Below, piece by piece: positions 29,586 through 39,895 of a stretch of 64,000 nucleotides of DNA (position 1 is its first letter; each line of letters begins with the position of its first letter). The stretch is from a virus, in the IMG/VR virus record IMGVR_UViG_3300037485_001282, positions 32,001 through 96,000 of that record. One strand, 5' to 3'. Under the pieces are notes generated by a model that was not told the DNA's origin, did no database searches, and saw only the letters and a program-made list of their open reading frames with translations. Position numbers and translations under genes: made by a program.

Positions 29586-30142
29586 TATTTTTTCTCGATA
29601 AAGCAGATTTTGTTATTAAAGATACTAAGCGACTTAATATCTTCCCGTTGAAGAGCCTGGAGGTAACTTAAAATAGAAGGACCATAGGGATTATACTCTG
29701 GGACATCTGAAATATGTAAATCTTCAATGACATATATTCCACCTGAATTTACGTTAGGAAATATAGTCTCAAAACTAATGATAGTAAGTGGAGAAACGTG
29801 AGAAGCATCGTCTATTACAATATCATAGTTACCTGATCTTTTATGGATTTCATTCAGTGCGTCTTTGTCTGTCTGTGAACAAAAAGTAAAATGTACTCTA
29901 CTAGAATCAAACTTAGCTGGACATTTACCTTCTTTATCATTATCAAGGCACCAAATTTCGGCATTTGGCATATACTCTAGCCACAAGTTTATAGACCAAC
30001 CTTCTCTAACCCCGAGTTCAAATAAATTTAGTTTATCGTTTCTACGTGGCTCGAAGTATCTCTCATAGAATGGAGTGTATGAGTGTCCGTTTTTGGATTG
30101 TTTGTCTGTTCCATGCTTAATCGCTAATTCTTCTAAGTTCAT
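29585..30142 (-). CDS. Class I SAM-dependent (sugar O-)methyltransferase
   Basis: GTDK...H.Y..FYE, LFELGV..G.S, DIVIDDASH, GGIYVIED. Confidence 0.85.
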   Translation of the reverse strand: MNLEELAIKHGTDKQSKNGHSYTPFYERYFEPRRNDKLNLFELGVREGWSINLWLEYMPNAEIWCLDNDKEGKCPAKFDSSRVHFTFCSQTDKDALNEIHKRSGNYDIVIDDASHVSPLTIISFETIFPNVNSGGIYVIEDLHISDVPEYNPYGPSILSYLQALQREDIKSLSIFNNKICFIEKK

Positions 30143-30759
30143 TTTTCCTCGTATCTCTGCCTTGGATAAGCGTGTAAGTGTCTCTCAAATACTGAAATTC
30201 CACAATCATGAGCCGAAAAGTTCTTCCCGTTACTATTAGATCCTATCCAAAACTCATTCTTGTGTCTTTCAGTAAATGGAGAAAAAGTTTCTTTAATTGG
30301 CTTTAAGTTCCTTAAGTAGCTTGAATTGGCCCACCAGAAGTTCCCAGAGTAGTGTCTAACAGGTTCTAATCTAAAATCCACACCATAAGTATCATAAGTA
30401 TCTAAAGCGACTAGAGCGTCTCTAAATCGCTCACAATTGAAATAAAACATATATTCTCGCCAGTCTCTAATATTAGGATTCTCGTTAGTTACTCCCTTAG
30501 TATGCATATAGAGAATCTTACCATTATCAACTTTAGATAGTTCCTCAATTCGACTTAAAGTTCCGTATTCGCCTTCATTGTTTCCATTTTTAATTATAGT
30601 AACTTTTTTTAGATTACAATAAGGAACTTGATCGCCCTCATAGCATAAATTAATAGAGTCACAAAAATTAAAAAACTCGGAGCCTTTATTAAAATAATAA
30701 TCTAATATTTCCTGGAAGTTATTAACTGAGTAACAATGGATGAAACAATTTACGCTCAT
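30139..30759 (-). CDS. Glycan-related protein (GT-like, YxHxKG family)
   Basis: ILYMHTKG, WR.YM, HYSGNFWW...YL, EFWI. Confidence 0.55.
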   Translation of the reverse strand: MSVNCFIHCYSVNNFQEILDYYFNKGSEFFNFCDSINLCYEGDQVPYCNLKKVTIIKNGNNEGEYGTLSRIEELSKVDNGKILYMHTKGVTNENPNIRDWREYMFYFNCERFRDALVALDTYDTYGVDFRLEPVRHYSGNFWWANSSYLRNLKPIKETFSPFTERHKNEFWIGSNSNGKNFSAHDCGISVFERHLHAYPRQRYEEK

Positions 30760-31472
30760 AGTAACGCAACACCCATATTGACTACTTTATCTCTGTTTTC
30801 TGTGTTCCATTCTTCAAAGTCCCATTTGGGTGTCTTTATATCATTAAAGAAACGACGAACTTCCCTAAGTCTATAATCCCAAATATCATCTAAGATAATT
30901 AAAGTATTTTTATTAGAAACTAATTTAGAATAGTTCCAATCAAATCCAACCCCATCGTAACTATGGTCGCCGTCAATATAGATCATGTCATAGCCTTTAA
31001 GTGGCTTTATTGACTGAAGATATTTAGAGTTCTTTTCAAAAATTTGCTCGTTAGTTAATTCTAGGAAACCACTGTCTTTAGTTTCTTGATCGGTTTCTTT
31101 CCAATCATCATAGATTGTCTTATGTGGCATCCAAATGTGCTTAGAAACTCTTTTGGACTTGGGAAAATTGTTTTGAATCCCATCGTATCCACCTTGTTTA
31201 ATGTCGAATGAATCAACGTGACCTATTGGAGAATCCTCACCGTATATTTCATCCAGACTAAATCCCATTTGATCTGAAGTTCCAAAATGCCACGATCCAA
31301 TTTCTAAAATATTTTCAGGTTTCAACATTCTAATAAGTGTCTTTACGCCACTTCTAGTATTAATTGAACACCCACCGAATTTTTCATGAATTAAAGTATT
31401 TGGGTACTCAACATCTGGGCGATGCTGAAAGTTACTTTTAAAATTATCTTTAATAAAATCTATTAAGCTCAT
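30756..31472 (-). CDS. Class I SAM-dependent methyltransferase (Methyltransf_24-like)
   Basis: ILEIGS..G, YDMIYIDGDHSY, IILDD. Confidence 0.82.
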   Translation of the reverse strand: MSLIDFIKDNFKSNFQHRPDVEYPNTLIHEKFGGCSINTRSGVKTLIRMLKPENILEIGSWHFGTSDQMGFSLDEIYGEDSPIGHVDSFDIKQGGYDGIQNNFPKSKRVSKHIWMPHKTIYDDWKETDQETKDSGFLELTNEQIFEKNSKYLQSIKPLKGYDMIYIDGDHSYDGVGFDWNYSKLVSNKNTLIILDDIWDYRLREVRRFFNDIKTPKWDFEEWNTENRDKVVNMGVALL

Positions 31473-32842
31473 AAAGTTCCTTTAAAGTTACTCAAAAAGT
31501 AATTAAGATCCTCTGGAGTTCCTAGACCCCATACCTTTTCGACATCAAAGATCTTTATTTTCTTAGATTCCTGAATTGCCTCATTATAAACTGGGGCAAC
31601 GTAGAATTCATTATTAACTCTAATGTTCTTAGCGATCATATTTTCGGCGTATCTAACATAATCATTTCCTTTAGCCCAATAATAGATACCAACAGTTGCT
31701 CTATCAGAAATTACGATCTTTTCAGCCAATTCAGTGACATAATTTTCTTCATCGACTTTAACGTAACTCCATTTTGGCGAAGTATTTTTAAAAGTTAATA
31801 TGCTACCATCGCATTTTCCTGTAGTGATCGAATACATAAACTCCGAACTACTCCATTCCATAAATTGGTCACAGTTGGCGATTAATAGTGGCTCATCTGT
31901 ATTGATAACATCTTTTGCTAGAAGAGTAGTACATGCTGCGCCTTCTGTAAGTTTATCTACACATATAATATTACAGTTTGGGGTGATGACGTTTAACATA
32001 CTCTTAAGATTGAACTTCTGAAAATCTTCGGTTCTTACTAGGTAAGTAAATTTTGCTTCTATATTTAAATTCTCAGTAACTACTTGTATCATAGGTTTAC
32101 CGTGAACTTCAATAAGTGGCTTGGGGAACGTATATCCTGCTTTTGAGAATCTACTTCCAGCGCCTGCCATTGGGATTAAAATATTCATTTTTGTTCCTTT
32201 CCATTTCTGTTTTATTGGATTTTTGAGTTTAATTATTGAAGAGTAAATATTTTCCATATTTACTTCGCTTGGGTTCTTAACAATTACTACATTTGCCCCA
32301 GATGCTTGCGCTGCTGTTATTCCAACATGCGAATCTTCGACTATTAGAGTTTCGAATGGACTAAGTGAGCAACTAAGCATAGCCTTAATATACATGGAGG
32401 GATTGGGCTTAGGGTGCTTTACGTCTTCGTTTGAGATATAATCATCTACCCACTCCATAAGCCCTAGATGAAGTAAAAACATCTTAATTGTTTGCTTTAT
32501 TGAATTAGAGCAAACCATTATCTTAATACCATCTTCTTTAAGTTTCTTAAATAGTTCTATAATTCTAACATTAGGGACTACTGAAGTTTTAATAGCATCA
32601 AATGTCTTTTGTTGCTTTAATTTCCATATTTTTTCATGAAGTTCCTTTGGCAACCCTCGTTCAGCGGTAAGTAACTCTAGTTTCTTATTAGTAGGCAATC
32701 CATCAAATTTCTTGTGGTGATCGTCTAGACTAATAACATATTTAATATCAATTTCAGCAAGAGCTAAGTTCAGTGCCAAATAATGGGTTTCTTTGGATTC
32801 TACCAAAACTCCATCTAAATCAAAACATACTAACTTGATCAT
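31469..32842 (-). CDS. HAD phosphatase / sugar-phosphate nucleotidyltransferase fusion
   Basis: N-terminal FDLDGVLV, KPNP, VEDS; C-terminal IPMAGAGSRF...PKPLI, ANCDQ, EK, GLGTPEDL. Confidence 0.9.
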   Translation of the reverse strand: MIKLVCFDLDGVLVESKETHYLALNLALAEIDIKYVISLDDHHKKFDGLPTNKKLELLTAERGLPKELHEKIWKLKQQKTFDAIKTSVVPNVRIIELFKKLKEDGIKIMVCSNSIKQTIKMFLLHLGLMEWVDDYISNEDVKHPKPNPSMYIKAMLSCSLSPFETLIVEDSHVGITAAQASGANVVIVKNPSEVNMENIYSSIIKLKNPIKQKWKGTKMNILIPMAGAGSRFSKAGYTFPKPLIEVHGKPMIQVVTENLNIEAKFTYLVRTEDFQKFNLKSMLNVITPNCNIICVDKLTEGAACTTLLAKDVINTDEPLLIANCDQFMEWSSSEFMYSITTGKCDGSILTFKNTSPKWSYVKVDEENYVTELAEKIVISDRATVGIYYWAKGNDYVRYAENMIAKNIRVNNEFYVAPVYNEAIQESKKIKIFDVEKVWGLGTPEDLNYFLSNFKGTL

Positions 32843-33519
32843 TATATTCCTTTGAGTCTATTTAAAGTTTCTTCGTCAGTAAGTTCATCAAAGGTTCTTC
32901 CCTTTGGCTTCATTAACTGAACAGTCGATAATTCATTTATAGAAAAATGGTTATGCTCTCTATATCGTCTAGACCATTCCACGTCTTCTCCTTGCTCCCA
33001 CACCAATCCTTCGTTTAGTGGATAGTTAACCATTATATGTTTTTTTGCTACCCAATATGCTCCAGATATGTATTGATATTTGGAAAGATTTGTTACGTTA
33101 TATGGCAATAGACAATACTGTTTATTAACTCCGATTCTCGATGCGTCTTCGTGACATAATAACCAATCTCTAAATCGTTCTCCACCATATCCTAATACTT
33201 TGGTCATACAAACCTGGAAATTATTACCATAATTGAGAAACCCATTATACCAATCTGGAAGAAACTTAATGTAATCGTGGAGATAAACTATGTTTTCATA
33301 TTTAGCTAAAGAGGTTATTGTGTTTTTCTTTCTAGTTATCCACATTGGAACTATATTTTCATTAAAAGGAACTATATTGGTGTTTTTTCTATTGAGTTCA
33401 CACTTTCCAACTATTATAATTTCGTAGTTTGGTATATTTAGAAACTCAATAGAATCTATTATTTGTGAGATTAGCCCATCGTTCCCACCACAGGTAATTA
33501 TTCCGAAGGTAAAATCCAT
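32842..33519 (-). CDS. GT2-like glycosyltransferase (paralog of 27814-28605)
   Basis: MDFTFGIIT, WITRKKN, HDY, WEQGEDVEW. Confidence 0.75.
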   Translation of the reverse strand: MDFTFGIITCGGNDGLISQIIDSIEFLNIPNYEIIIVGKCELNRKNTNIVPFNENIVPMWITRKKNTITSLAKYENIVYLHDYIKFLPDWYNGFLNYGNNFQVCMTKVLGYGGERFRDWLLCHEDASRIGVNKQYCLLPYNVTNLSKYQYISGAYWVAKKHIMVNYPLNEGLVWEQGEDVEWSRRYREHNHFSINELSTVQLMKPKGRTFDELTDEETLNRLKGI

Positions 33520-34172
33520 TAGTTTGCCTTTTCTTCTAAAAATTCTCTAATACATTCATATCCATAATCGGTTGGGTGAAAGTCTCCATCTTTAAAAACT
33601 CTAGTCATATCATAACGATCTTTAAATTCAAAAAGATTAATTGAATTGTTTGGGTATTTTTCTTGCAAGTCGCTGTAACATAAATGATTATCGAATTTAC
33701 CTCTAGTTATCTCGGTTCCAAAGTGACACCAGAATACAAATTTAACATTTTTTATATTACTAACATACCAATCCAGCCACATTTTATAAAACTCATTTTG
33801 AATATCAACTATTATAGGATCTTTTAGATGCTTTTTTAGGACATACCAATTTTCTTCATTATTAAATGCGGAAACAAATAAATTATGATCCATTCTTTTA
33901 CTAAAATCTTTAGTTTCTAAATTTCTTTTCATCCATTCCCATAACGTGTTGAACGCTATAGATCTAAGTGGAAACAAGAAAATATTTTTGTATCTTCCAC
34001 TATATTCATTGCAGATATTAATGAATGTATGATGAAATATGGGCATGCTATTATTTCCTACTATAGAACCATAGTCCCATTTTTGACTATTGCTCCAATT
34101 AGGAAATGGTCTATTATCTCCTTGCTTTAAGAAGGTAATATGTGAACATCCGACTATAGTGTTTTTTTCCAT
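33519..34172 (-). CDS. SGNH-hydrolase-like protein
   Basis: N-terminal IVGCSH and C-terminal DGDFHPT..GY. Confidence 0.5.
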   Translation of the reverse strand: MEKNTIVGCSHITFLKQGDNRPFPNWSNSQKWDYGSIVGNNSMPIFHHTFINICNEYSGRYKNIFLFPLRSIAFNTLWEWMKRNLETKDFSKRMDHNLFVSAFNNEENWYVLKKHLKDPIIVDIQNEFYKMWLDWYVSNIKNVKFVFWCHFGTEITRGKFDNHLCYSDLQEKYPNNSINLFEFKDRYDMTRVFKDGDFHPTDYGYECIREFLEEKAN

Positions 34173-34180
34173 AATTTCCT

Positions 34181-35266
34181 TTAATAATCTAAATAAGGCT
34201 CAATTGCGATCATTCCGTTTTGTTTGACATGTAAATCTCTATCTTCTTTTGTATTGAATAGATATAGAATAAATCCACCAAACCCACCGCCGCAGTATTT
34301 AGAAGCAATTCCAAAATCTTCTACTTTGTTCATTCCCTCTAATAACTGAACAGAATAAGAAGTATCTATTGCTTTCGCTAAAGTATCTATAGATTTTGAC
34401 ATACACGCTTCTCTAGCCAAAGCGCCTGCCTTTAATATTAAATTAAAGTCTCGTTTATTATCCACAAATTCGTATGTCTTGTGGGTATTACCAGACCATA
34501 GTAAAGCCATTTTACCATATAGCCAATCTGGATTAATTTTAAAATCTAATATCGGAGTATTGCCGCTTCGCCAAACACACAATCCTGTTTCTTTTATTAC
34601 TGCTGGATCTTGCCAACCAACACCAAGATCAAGTTCGGATTTTACCGAATCTTTCCCAGTAAGGTAAGCATAAGCCGCGCTACCACCCAATCCGCTTCCT
34701 ATAGGATATATCCAGTCAGTTAAACTTACTAGTGGCTGAATCGCGCAATTTACAATATAGCCACCATTAACAGAAAATTTTGGAACGTCAAGCCACCCAC
34801 CAGCAAAATCTACGCGCAATGGTGATTCTTTTGGTGATTTAATCCAATTCAATATATCCGTGGTTGATACTTTTTCAACGTTTAGTGTCTTTTCCAGACA
34901 GACATATTGGCATCCCCAACTAGATTTCAAGCAAATATCGATTTTTTTATCTTTAAATTTATCGTCTTCGGTAGATATTAGAAAATTTGGTTTAAGATTA
35001 TTAAAATGATTAATAAAATCTAAACCATCTTCATCACAAGAATCACCAACGACAACTTTATCTATTAAAAAAATAGATTCAAGCAATCGTTTCTTGTGTT
35101 CGGTTGGAATTGAAGATTTTCTTTTTTTGTGCTTTAGTAATACATCATCGTTGGCAAATGAAACTATTAAATAGTTTCCGTATTTTTTGGCTTGACTAAA
35201 AAACTCAATATGTCCGCCATGTAAAATATCAAAGCACCCAGAAACCATTACTTTCTTATCTTCCAT
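34181..35266 (-). CDS. Cytidylyl/adenylyltransferase fused to a compact GHMP sugar-kinase-like domain
   Basis: GCFDILHGGH (HxGH), STT.I; SPLRVDFAGGWLD, PIGSGLGGS, GWQD, CGGGFGG. Confidence 0.8.
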   Translation of the reverse strand: MEDKKVMVSGCFDILHGGHIEFFSQAKKYGNYLIVSFANDDVLLKHKKRKSSIPTEHKKRLLESIFLIDKVVVGDSCDEDGLDFINHFNNLKPNFLISTEDDKFKDKKIDICLKSSWGCQYVCLEKTLNVEKVSTTDILNWIKSPKESPLRVDFAGGWLDVPKFSVNGGYIVNCAIQPLVSLTDWIYPIGSGLGGSAAYAYLTGKDSVKSELDLGVGWQDPAVIKETGLCVWRSGNTPILDFKINPDWLYGKMALLWSGNTHKTYEFVDNKRDFNLILKAGALAREACMSKSIDTLAKAIDTSYSVQLLEGMNKVEDFGIASKYCGGGFGGFILYLFNTKEDRDLHVKQNGMIAIEPYLDY

Positions 35267-35290
35267 GAAAACCCTCTAGATACAATTATA

Positions 35291-36346
35291 CTAAATTATC
35301 GATAATTTTTCTTTAATTTCCAGTTTAGCTAGAGAGAATTTCCCATCATATACGTTTTCTTTAACGTAATCCATTGGGATGTAATCGTGGTCTTTAAAAC
35401 TATTTATTAAAAGCTGATTCGCGTCTTTAATATTTCCAAGTTTTTTTGGAATTATAAAACATTTTTCTCCCATTTTTAATAAAACTTTTATTAATTTTCT
35501 TCCAGCAGCGTCACTAAAGTAACTATCAACGCACCAAATTCTATGTTTATATTTAGAACACAAATCCATTATATAAGATTCACCTAAAGTGGCACCACAG
35601 GTCGCTATTCCGTTTCTGAAAGCACAAGCGTCAAGAGTTCCTTCACAGATTACTGTCTCTGTGTTCGCTGTTGTTCTCCACTGACCCCATAGTTCCTTAG
35701 ATTCCATCTGTATATTATTCTTTTTATCGGAAAGAAATAGATACTTTGCTGGATTTTCTCTACCCAACATAGCAAATAGTCTTCCTTGGATGTGTATTAC
35801 GAATTTCTTGGATTGGTCGAAGAAAGGAATACCGATATATCCTCTCAGTGGCCCATGTAGAAAAATACTGAAATCATTTGAAATTTCAGAAGGGATCTTT
35901 CTATTGTTGAGATACTCTAAAGCCTTATGTCGTAATATCTCAAGTTTCCCAGATTGGGTTTCCACTATATTAAACGAGTTATCTTTAATATATTGTCTCA
36001 ATTTATTATCGAGTTCCTCTAAGTTTATTTCTTTCTTTTTGGAATTCGATTTTCTTTTCTTAAAAGCATCGCCAGTTCGAATAGAATCTAGTATTGACGC
36101 TCTAAGTTCGTCATATTCTTGGGGGAAATTATCTTTTATAAAGGCTTCAAATGATGTACTATAGCCACAATTATGACATTTTACATTAAAGAAAGTTGAA
36201 TATTCTCTAATATATAATCTTGTTTTATAATCGCTGCATATTGGACACTTAGCCTTATATAAAAAAACAGATGACGAGTTCACTTTGACAGCCGAAATTC
36301 CAATTTTATTTAGAATTGACTGCACAACATACGAAGGTAATTTCAT
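35291..36346 (-). CDS. gp61: DNA primase (gp61-like)
   Basis: CPICSD..CHNCG zinc finger, YL..R.I, IPF, QGR, KY, TOPRIM EGTLDA, KDAN. Confidence 0.9.
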   Translation of the reverse strand: MKLPSYVVQSILNKIGISAVKVNSSSVFLYKAKCPICSDYKTRLYIREYSTFFNVKCHNCGYSTSFEAFIKDNFPQEYDELRASILDSIRTGDAFKKRKSNSKKKEINLEELDNKLRQYIKDNSFNIVETQSGKLEILRHKALEYLNNRKIPSEISNDFSIFLHGPLRGYIGIPFFDQSKKFVIHIQGRLFAMLGRENPAKYLFLSDKKNNIQMESKELWGQWRTTANTETVICEGTLDACAFRNGIATCGATLGESYIMDLCSKYKHRIWCVDSYFSDAAGRKLIKVLLKMGEKCFIIPKKLGNIKDANQLLINSFKDHDYIPMDYVKENVYDGKFSLAKLEIKEKLSII

Positions 36347-36354
36347 TTTGCCTC

Positions 36355-36762
36355 TTAACTTTTGCGCTTGTCTTTTCTAAAAAACTTATGTTCTATTTTA
36401 TAGTTTTTTCTTTCATGAAACGGAATTATATCTATTTGTTTTCGTAAGATTCCATTAAGCGCATCTGGATTAATTACTTTTATTAAATTCCATTTCTGGA
36501 GAAAATATGCTATTGTCTTTCTTCTAACAAAATCTAAACTAGAAATATCTGATTTTTTCCCGTGTATCTGGAAAAGTTCCTTGAAATGAACAATATAAAA
36601 TCGAGTTACTCCATTATCATCCTTAGTTGTGTATAGATAGCAACTAGGATACAATATTTTCTCTTTAACTTTTAATATTCCTATTCTTTCCAACGTTTCA
36701 TGTACGATTGCCTCATCGACTATTAGTTTTACTTCAATTCCGTGTTCCATCTTTGCCCCCAA
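36355..36762 (-). CDS. regA: Translational repressor RegA
   Basis: ETLERIGI, LYPSC, YIVHFKELF, D..RR.TIA..L..W.L. Confidence 0.92.
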   Translation of the reverse strand: MGAKMEHGIEVKLIVDEAIVHETLERIGILKVKEKILYPSCYLYTTKDDNGVTRFYIVHFKELFQIHGKKSDISSLDFVRRKTIAYFLQKWNLIKVINPDALNGILRKQIDIIPFHERKNYKIEHKFFRKDKRKS

Positions 36763-37159
36763 ATTCTTGCATTATTGAATTGGCCCAATCTTCGCCTTTT
36801 AATGAGATATACTCAATTGCTTCTTTCCTAGAGCATTCAAAATACCTTTCGATACATTCAATATATTCGTTTGTTTCTTTTTTTGGTCCTACAAACTTAA
36901 CAAATTTTCTATTTTCTGGAATAATATCTACTAACAATTTATACATTTGTTTTTTATCTAATATTCCCTGATATTGGTTTAAAATATTACAATCATTAAC
37001 GCAGTCTCTATCCATTGATAGAAATTTAAGAACTATATAATTATTAAAATCTTTTAAGTTACTTTCATCTTCCAAAAGATCCCCAGATTTATTAATTCTA
37101 ATATCATCTAATATTAGAAATAAATTGGATTTCTTTTGTTTTTCTTTAGTTGTCTTCAT
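36734..37159 (-). CDS. gp62: Clamp loader small subunit (gp62-like)
   Basis: LF..L..I, FN.YI..KFLSM, I..YF.CS..EA.EY; synteny. Confidence 0.82.
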   Translation of the reverse strand: MKTTKEKQKKSNLFLILDDIRINKSGDLLEDESNLKDFNNYIVLKFLSMDRDCVNDCNILNQYQGILDKKQMYKLLVDIIPENRKFVKFVGPKKETNEYIECIERYFECSRKEAIEYISLKGEDWANSIMQEFGGKDGTRN

Positions 37160-37167
37160 AGGTGGTG

Positions 37168-38280
37168 TTATTGTTTTGTGGTATTTGAAAGTAAACTATT
37201 AGCCCGTTTTGCCATATTACTTATCTCATCGGATGAAATATCATTATCTTGAATTGTTAGATCAACCTTAGTATCTTTATGTCTAAAATTTTCAATCTGT
37301 TTCTGTAAATCTTCATCATTATATTCTTCGGATATTCCACTTGGATCCCTTTGATTTATAGCGGCTAATTCAGCTTGATCTAATTCATATACGGACCCTA
37401 ATCTTTCCATTTTCGGTGGTTCTGGTTTTACTTGATTCCCAGCCATAGTTGCCATCATCTTAGCCATCATTTCCATAAACATTTGTGGATTGGCTGCCAT
37501 TTGAGAAAACGCTTCTGGCGTCACGTTTTGATTGGTTTGATCATTTCCTAAAAGTTTTCTGTCTGCCGCAGATAATGGCCCAATATCCTTTTTATCTACT
37601 TTAGTAACATAATCCTCTGGAAGCGTTGGTGGAACGTGACTATATTCTACGGCACTTTCTGTCCCATACTGATCCCTTGCCATTAAGTTATCTCTTGATA
37701 TTGGTTGTTGTCCTGGAAGGCTTTCTCTTGGGCCTGGGATATAGTTCCACACTAATCCTGGTTTACTAAGAATTGGTAAAATTTGGGTTAAATTGGTTGC
37801 TCTTGTTGCCGCCGCAATTACTTGAATCAATCCTCTCGAACCTGGATTAGTTGCTGTAAGCGTTCTCCAAAAAAGACCCTTCGCTGTTGCAATATCTGGG
37901 GCATTAACTATAGAGAACGTCTTTAGTCCCAGTGGCATACCCAATGCCTTTGCGTTTAACTCGTTACCAGGGGAACTATCATTATCATCTTTAGCTTGCT
38001 TTGAAGATGACATACTTTTAGTATCTACTACTATAAGCCAATAGTTTCTTAAGTTGTTTAAATCCATTTTTATTTCCTTCGGTTGTTGAATATCTACTTT
38101 TTTTAACTCGGCGTTTTTTGTTTTAATCTCTTCTTTAATTACGTTACTTTTATTAGAGTCAGAAACATTCCATAGAATTTTTACTTCTATTTTTTGTTTT
38201 TTTCTAGTAAAAATTCCTTTTAGCCATTTTAGCAAAGCAATCTCTTTTACCCAATTTCGGTCATAACTGCGTCTAAGCAC
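37168..38280 (-). CDS. Hypothetical protein between gp44 and gp62 (start uncertain)
   Basis: 370 aa ORF with a Met/Gln-rich segment. Confidence 0.6.
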   Translation of the reverse strand: MLRRSYDRNWVKEIALLKWLKGIFTRKKQKIEVKILWNVSDSNKSNVIKEEIKTKNAELKKVDIQQPKEIKMDLNNLRNYWLIVVDTKSMSSSKQAKDDNDSSPGNELNAKALGMPLGLKTFSIVNAPDIATAKGLFWRTLTATNPGSRGLIQVIAAATRATNLTQILPILSKPGLVWNYIPGPRESLPGQQPISRDNLMARDQYGTESAVEYSHVPPTLPEDYVTKVDKKDIGPLSAADRKLLGNDQTNQNVTPEAFSQMAANPQMFMEMMAKMMATMAGNQVKPEPPKMERLGSVYELDQAELAAINQRDPSGISEEYNDEDLQKQIENFRHKDTKVDLTIQDNDISSDEISNMAKRANSLLSNTTKQ

Positions 38281-39137
38281 GCCATGAAGTTTATTTCTGG
38301 GTCTATTATTATACTATGTCGGTAAAGATATTCAGCGACGATTCCCCGAATTGTAATAAATTTAGTATCTGATAGAGTTTCTGAATTATCGAACAATATT
38401 TTATATAATTCAACATAGTCCAACTTACCAACTATACTAGATCTTATTGAATTCCATTGTTTAGTTTTTACTAATTCCATAAAATTTTCTTGAATCCCGT
38501 TACTGGAAACAGTAAAATCAAAAACACCATTTAAACAGTTTCTTTCCATTTCATTTATTGTTTTTCTAATATCTGGATGAAACTTCTTAACTAGAGAAAC
38601 CAGTCCATTAATATCTTTAATTTTTATATTCTCTTGCTTAAGAATATCCATACACCGTTTACAAACTAATTTGGGTGATGAATCGGTAAACCGAAACATC
38701 TGAGTTCTTGATTTAATGGCATCCATTACTTTATTAATATAGTTACAAGTAAAGATAAATCTACACGATTCTGTAAATTCTTCAATAACATTTCTAAGTG
38801 TCGCGTGTGAATTAATAGACATGAAATCAAATTCATCTAATATAACTACTTTTAAATTATCACCAAATGATGACGTGGAACAAAAGTTAGCCACTTTTCC
38901 ACGTATAACATCTACCGATGTTTCAGAAGAAGCACAAATATATAGAATATCTTCGGTAATCTTTTTAGATAAAATTTTAGCTATTGTGGTTTTACCCAAC
39001 CCAGAAGTACCATAAAATAACAAATGAGGTATTGATTTCTTTTCAATAAAAGAATTAAAAATATTCTTATCCTCTTCAGATAAGATACAATCATTTATCT
39101 CTTGTGGTCGATACTTTTCTACAAAAGGAATTGACAT
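38247..39137 (-). CDS. gp44: Clamp loader large subunit (gp44, RFC-like)
   Basis: VEKYRP, GTSGLGKT, ILDEFD, LRNVIEEF, SR. Confidence 0.95.
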   Translation of the reverse strand: MSIPFVEKYRPQEINDCILSEEDKNIFNSFIEKKSIPHLLFYGTSGLGKTTIAKILSKKITEDILYICASSETSVDVIRGKVANFCSTSSFGDNLKVVILDEFDFMSINSHATLRNVIEEFTESCRFIFTCNYINKVMDAIKSRTQMFRFTDSSPKLVCKRCMDILKQENIKIKDINGLVSLVKKFHPDIRKTINEMERNCLNGVFDFTVSSNGIQENFMELVKTKQWNSIRSSIVGKLDYVELYKILFDNSETLSDTKFITIRGIVAEYLYRHSIIIDPEINFMACLDAVMTEIG

Positions 39138-39145
39138 GGTTATCC

Positions 39146-39895
39146 TTAAATCGTTGTTTTAATGTAAAAATTGGTTGTGTATAATGGATGAATTCCATCA
39201 ATGTGAATCATATCTTTACAAATACCAATAATAAATTTATCGAAACTAGAAGAAGCCAATATAGGTAAAATATGCTGTTTATTTACGACTAACTTAAAGT
39301 CCTCGGTTGGTTTTGATGATACTATTTTTTGGTTAAATGAGTTTGCTTTTATGTCCTTTTCAGTGACTACTAAAGTAGTAATTTCCGAATTGGTGCTCCC
39401 TTTTAAAACTATGAACTCATTATTTAATAATGGTATCGCTTTAATAAAAGGCTTGTAGTTTTCGGGAGCGAAATCAAATTTTTGAATATATTTAAGCGGA
39501 GCACTAAGACACTCTGGGGCTTTTCGTATTGTCTTTAGGTTAGAAGAATAGAATTCATATTCAGATTCACTTACTCTAATTATTAACTTTTCTGGAGATA
39601 TTAACAACTCAAACCCAGTTTTAAATAATGAAAGAAAAGAAACCAGTTCATCTGAGTTATAAACACCAAATTTAAATTCTTGAGAAGACTCACATTTATC
39701 CAAGTATTCACCATTGAATGTTACTATGCTTATAATAGATTTAGATTCATTAACGGCTGAGATCTTTAAACTCTTATCTTCAGTAAAATGAAATGCAAAT
39801 TGATTACATCCTATCTTCTGCAAGTCTCTTAGAGACAGATAGAGAGCCTCGGCTTTTATGTCATCGAAATTACCTGAAAATAAAAATTCGCTCAT
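39146..39895 (-). CDS. gp45: Sliding clamp (gp45-like)
   Basis: FGVYN..E..S.LSLF motif, size, and position upstream of gp44. Confidence 0.72.
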   Translation of the reverse strand: MSEFLFSGNFDDIKAEALYLSLRDLQKIGCNQFAFHFTEDKSLKISAVNESKSIISIVTFNGEYLDKCESSQEFKFGVYNSDELVSFLSLFKTGFELLISPEKLIIRVSESEYEFYSSNLKTIRKAPECLSAPLKYIQKFDFAPENYKPFIKAIPLLNNEFIVLKGSTNSEITTLVVTEKDIKANSFNQKIVSSKPTEDFKLVVNKQHILPILASSSFDKFIIGICKDMIHIDGIHPLYTTNFYIKTTI

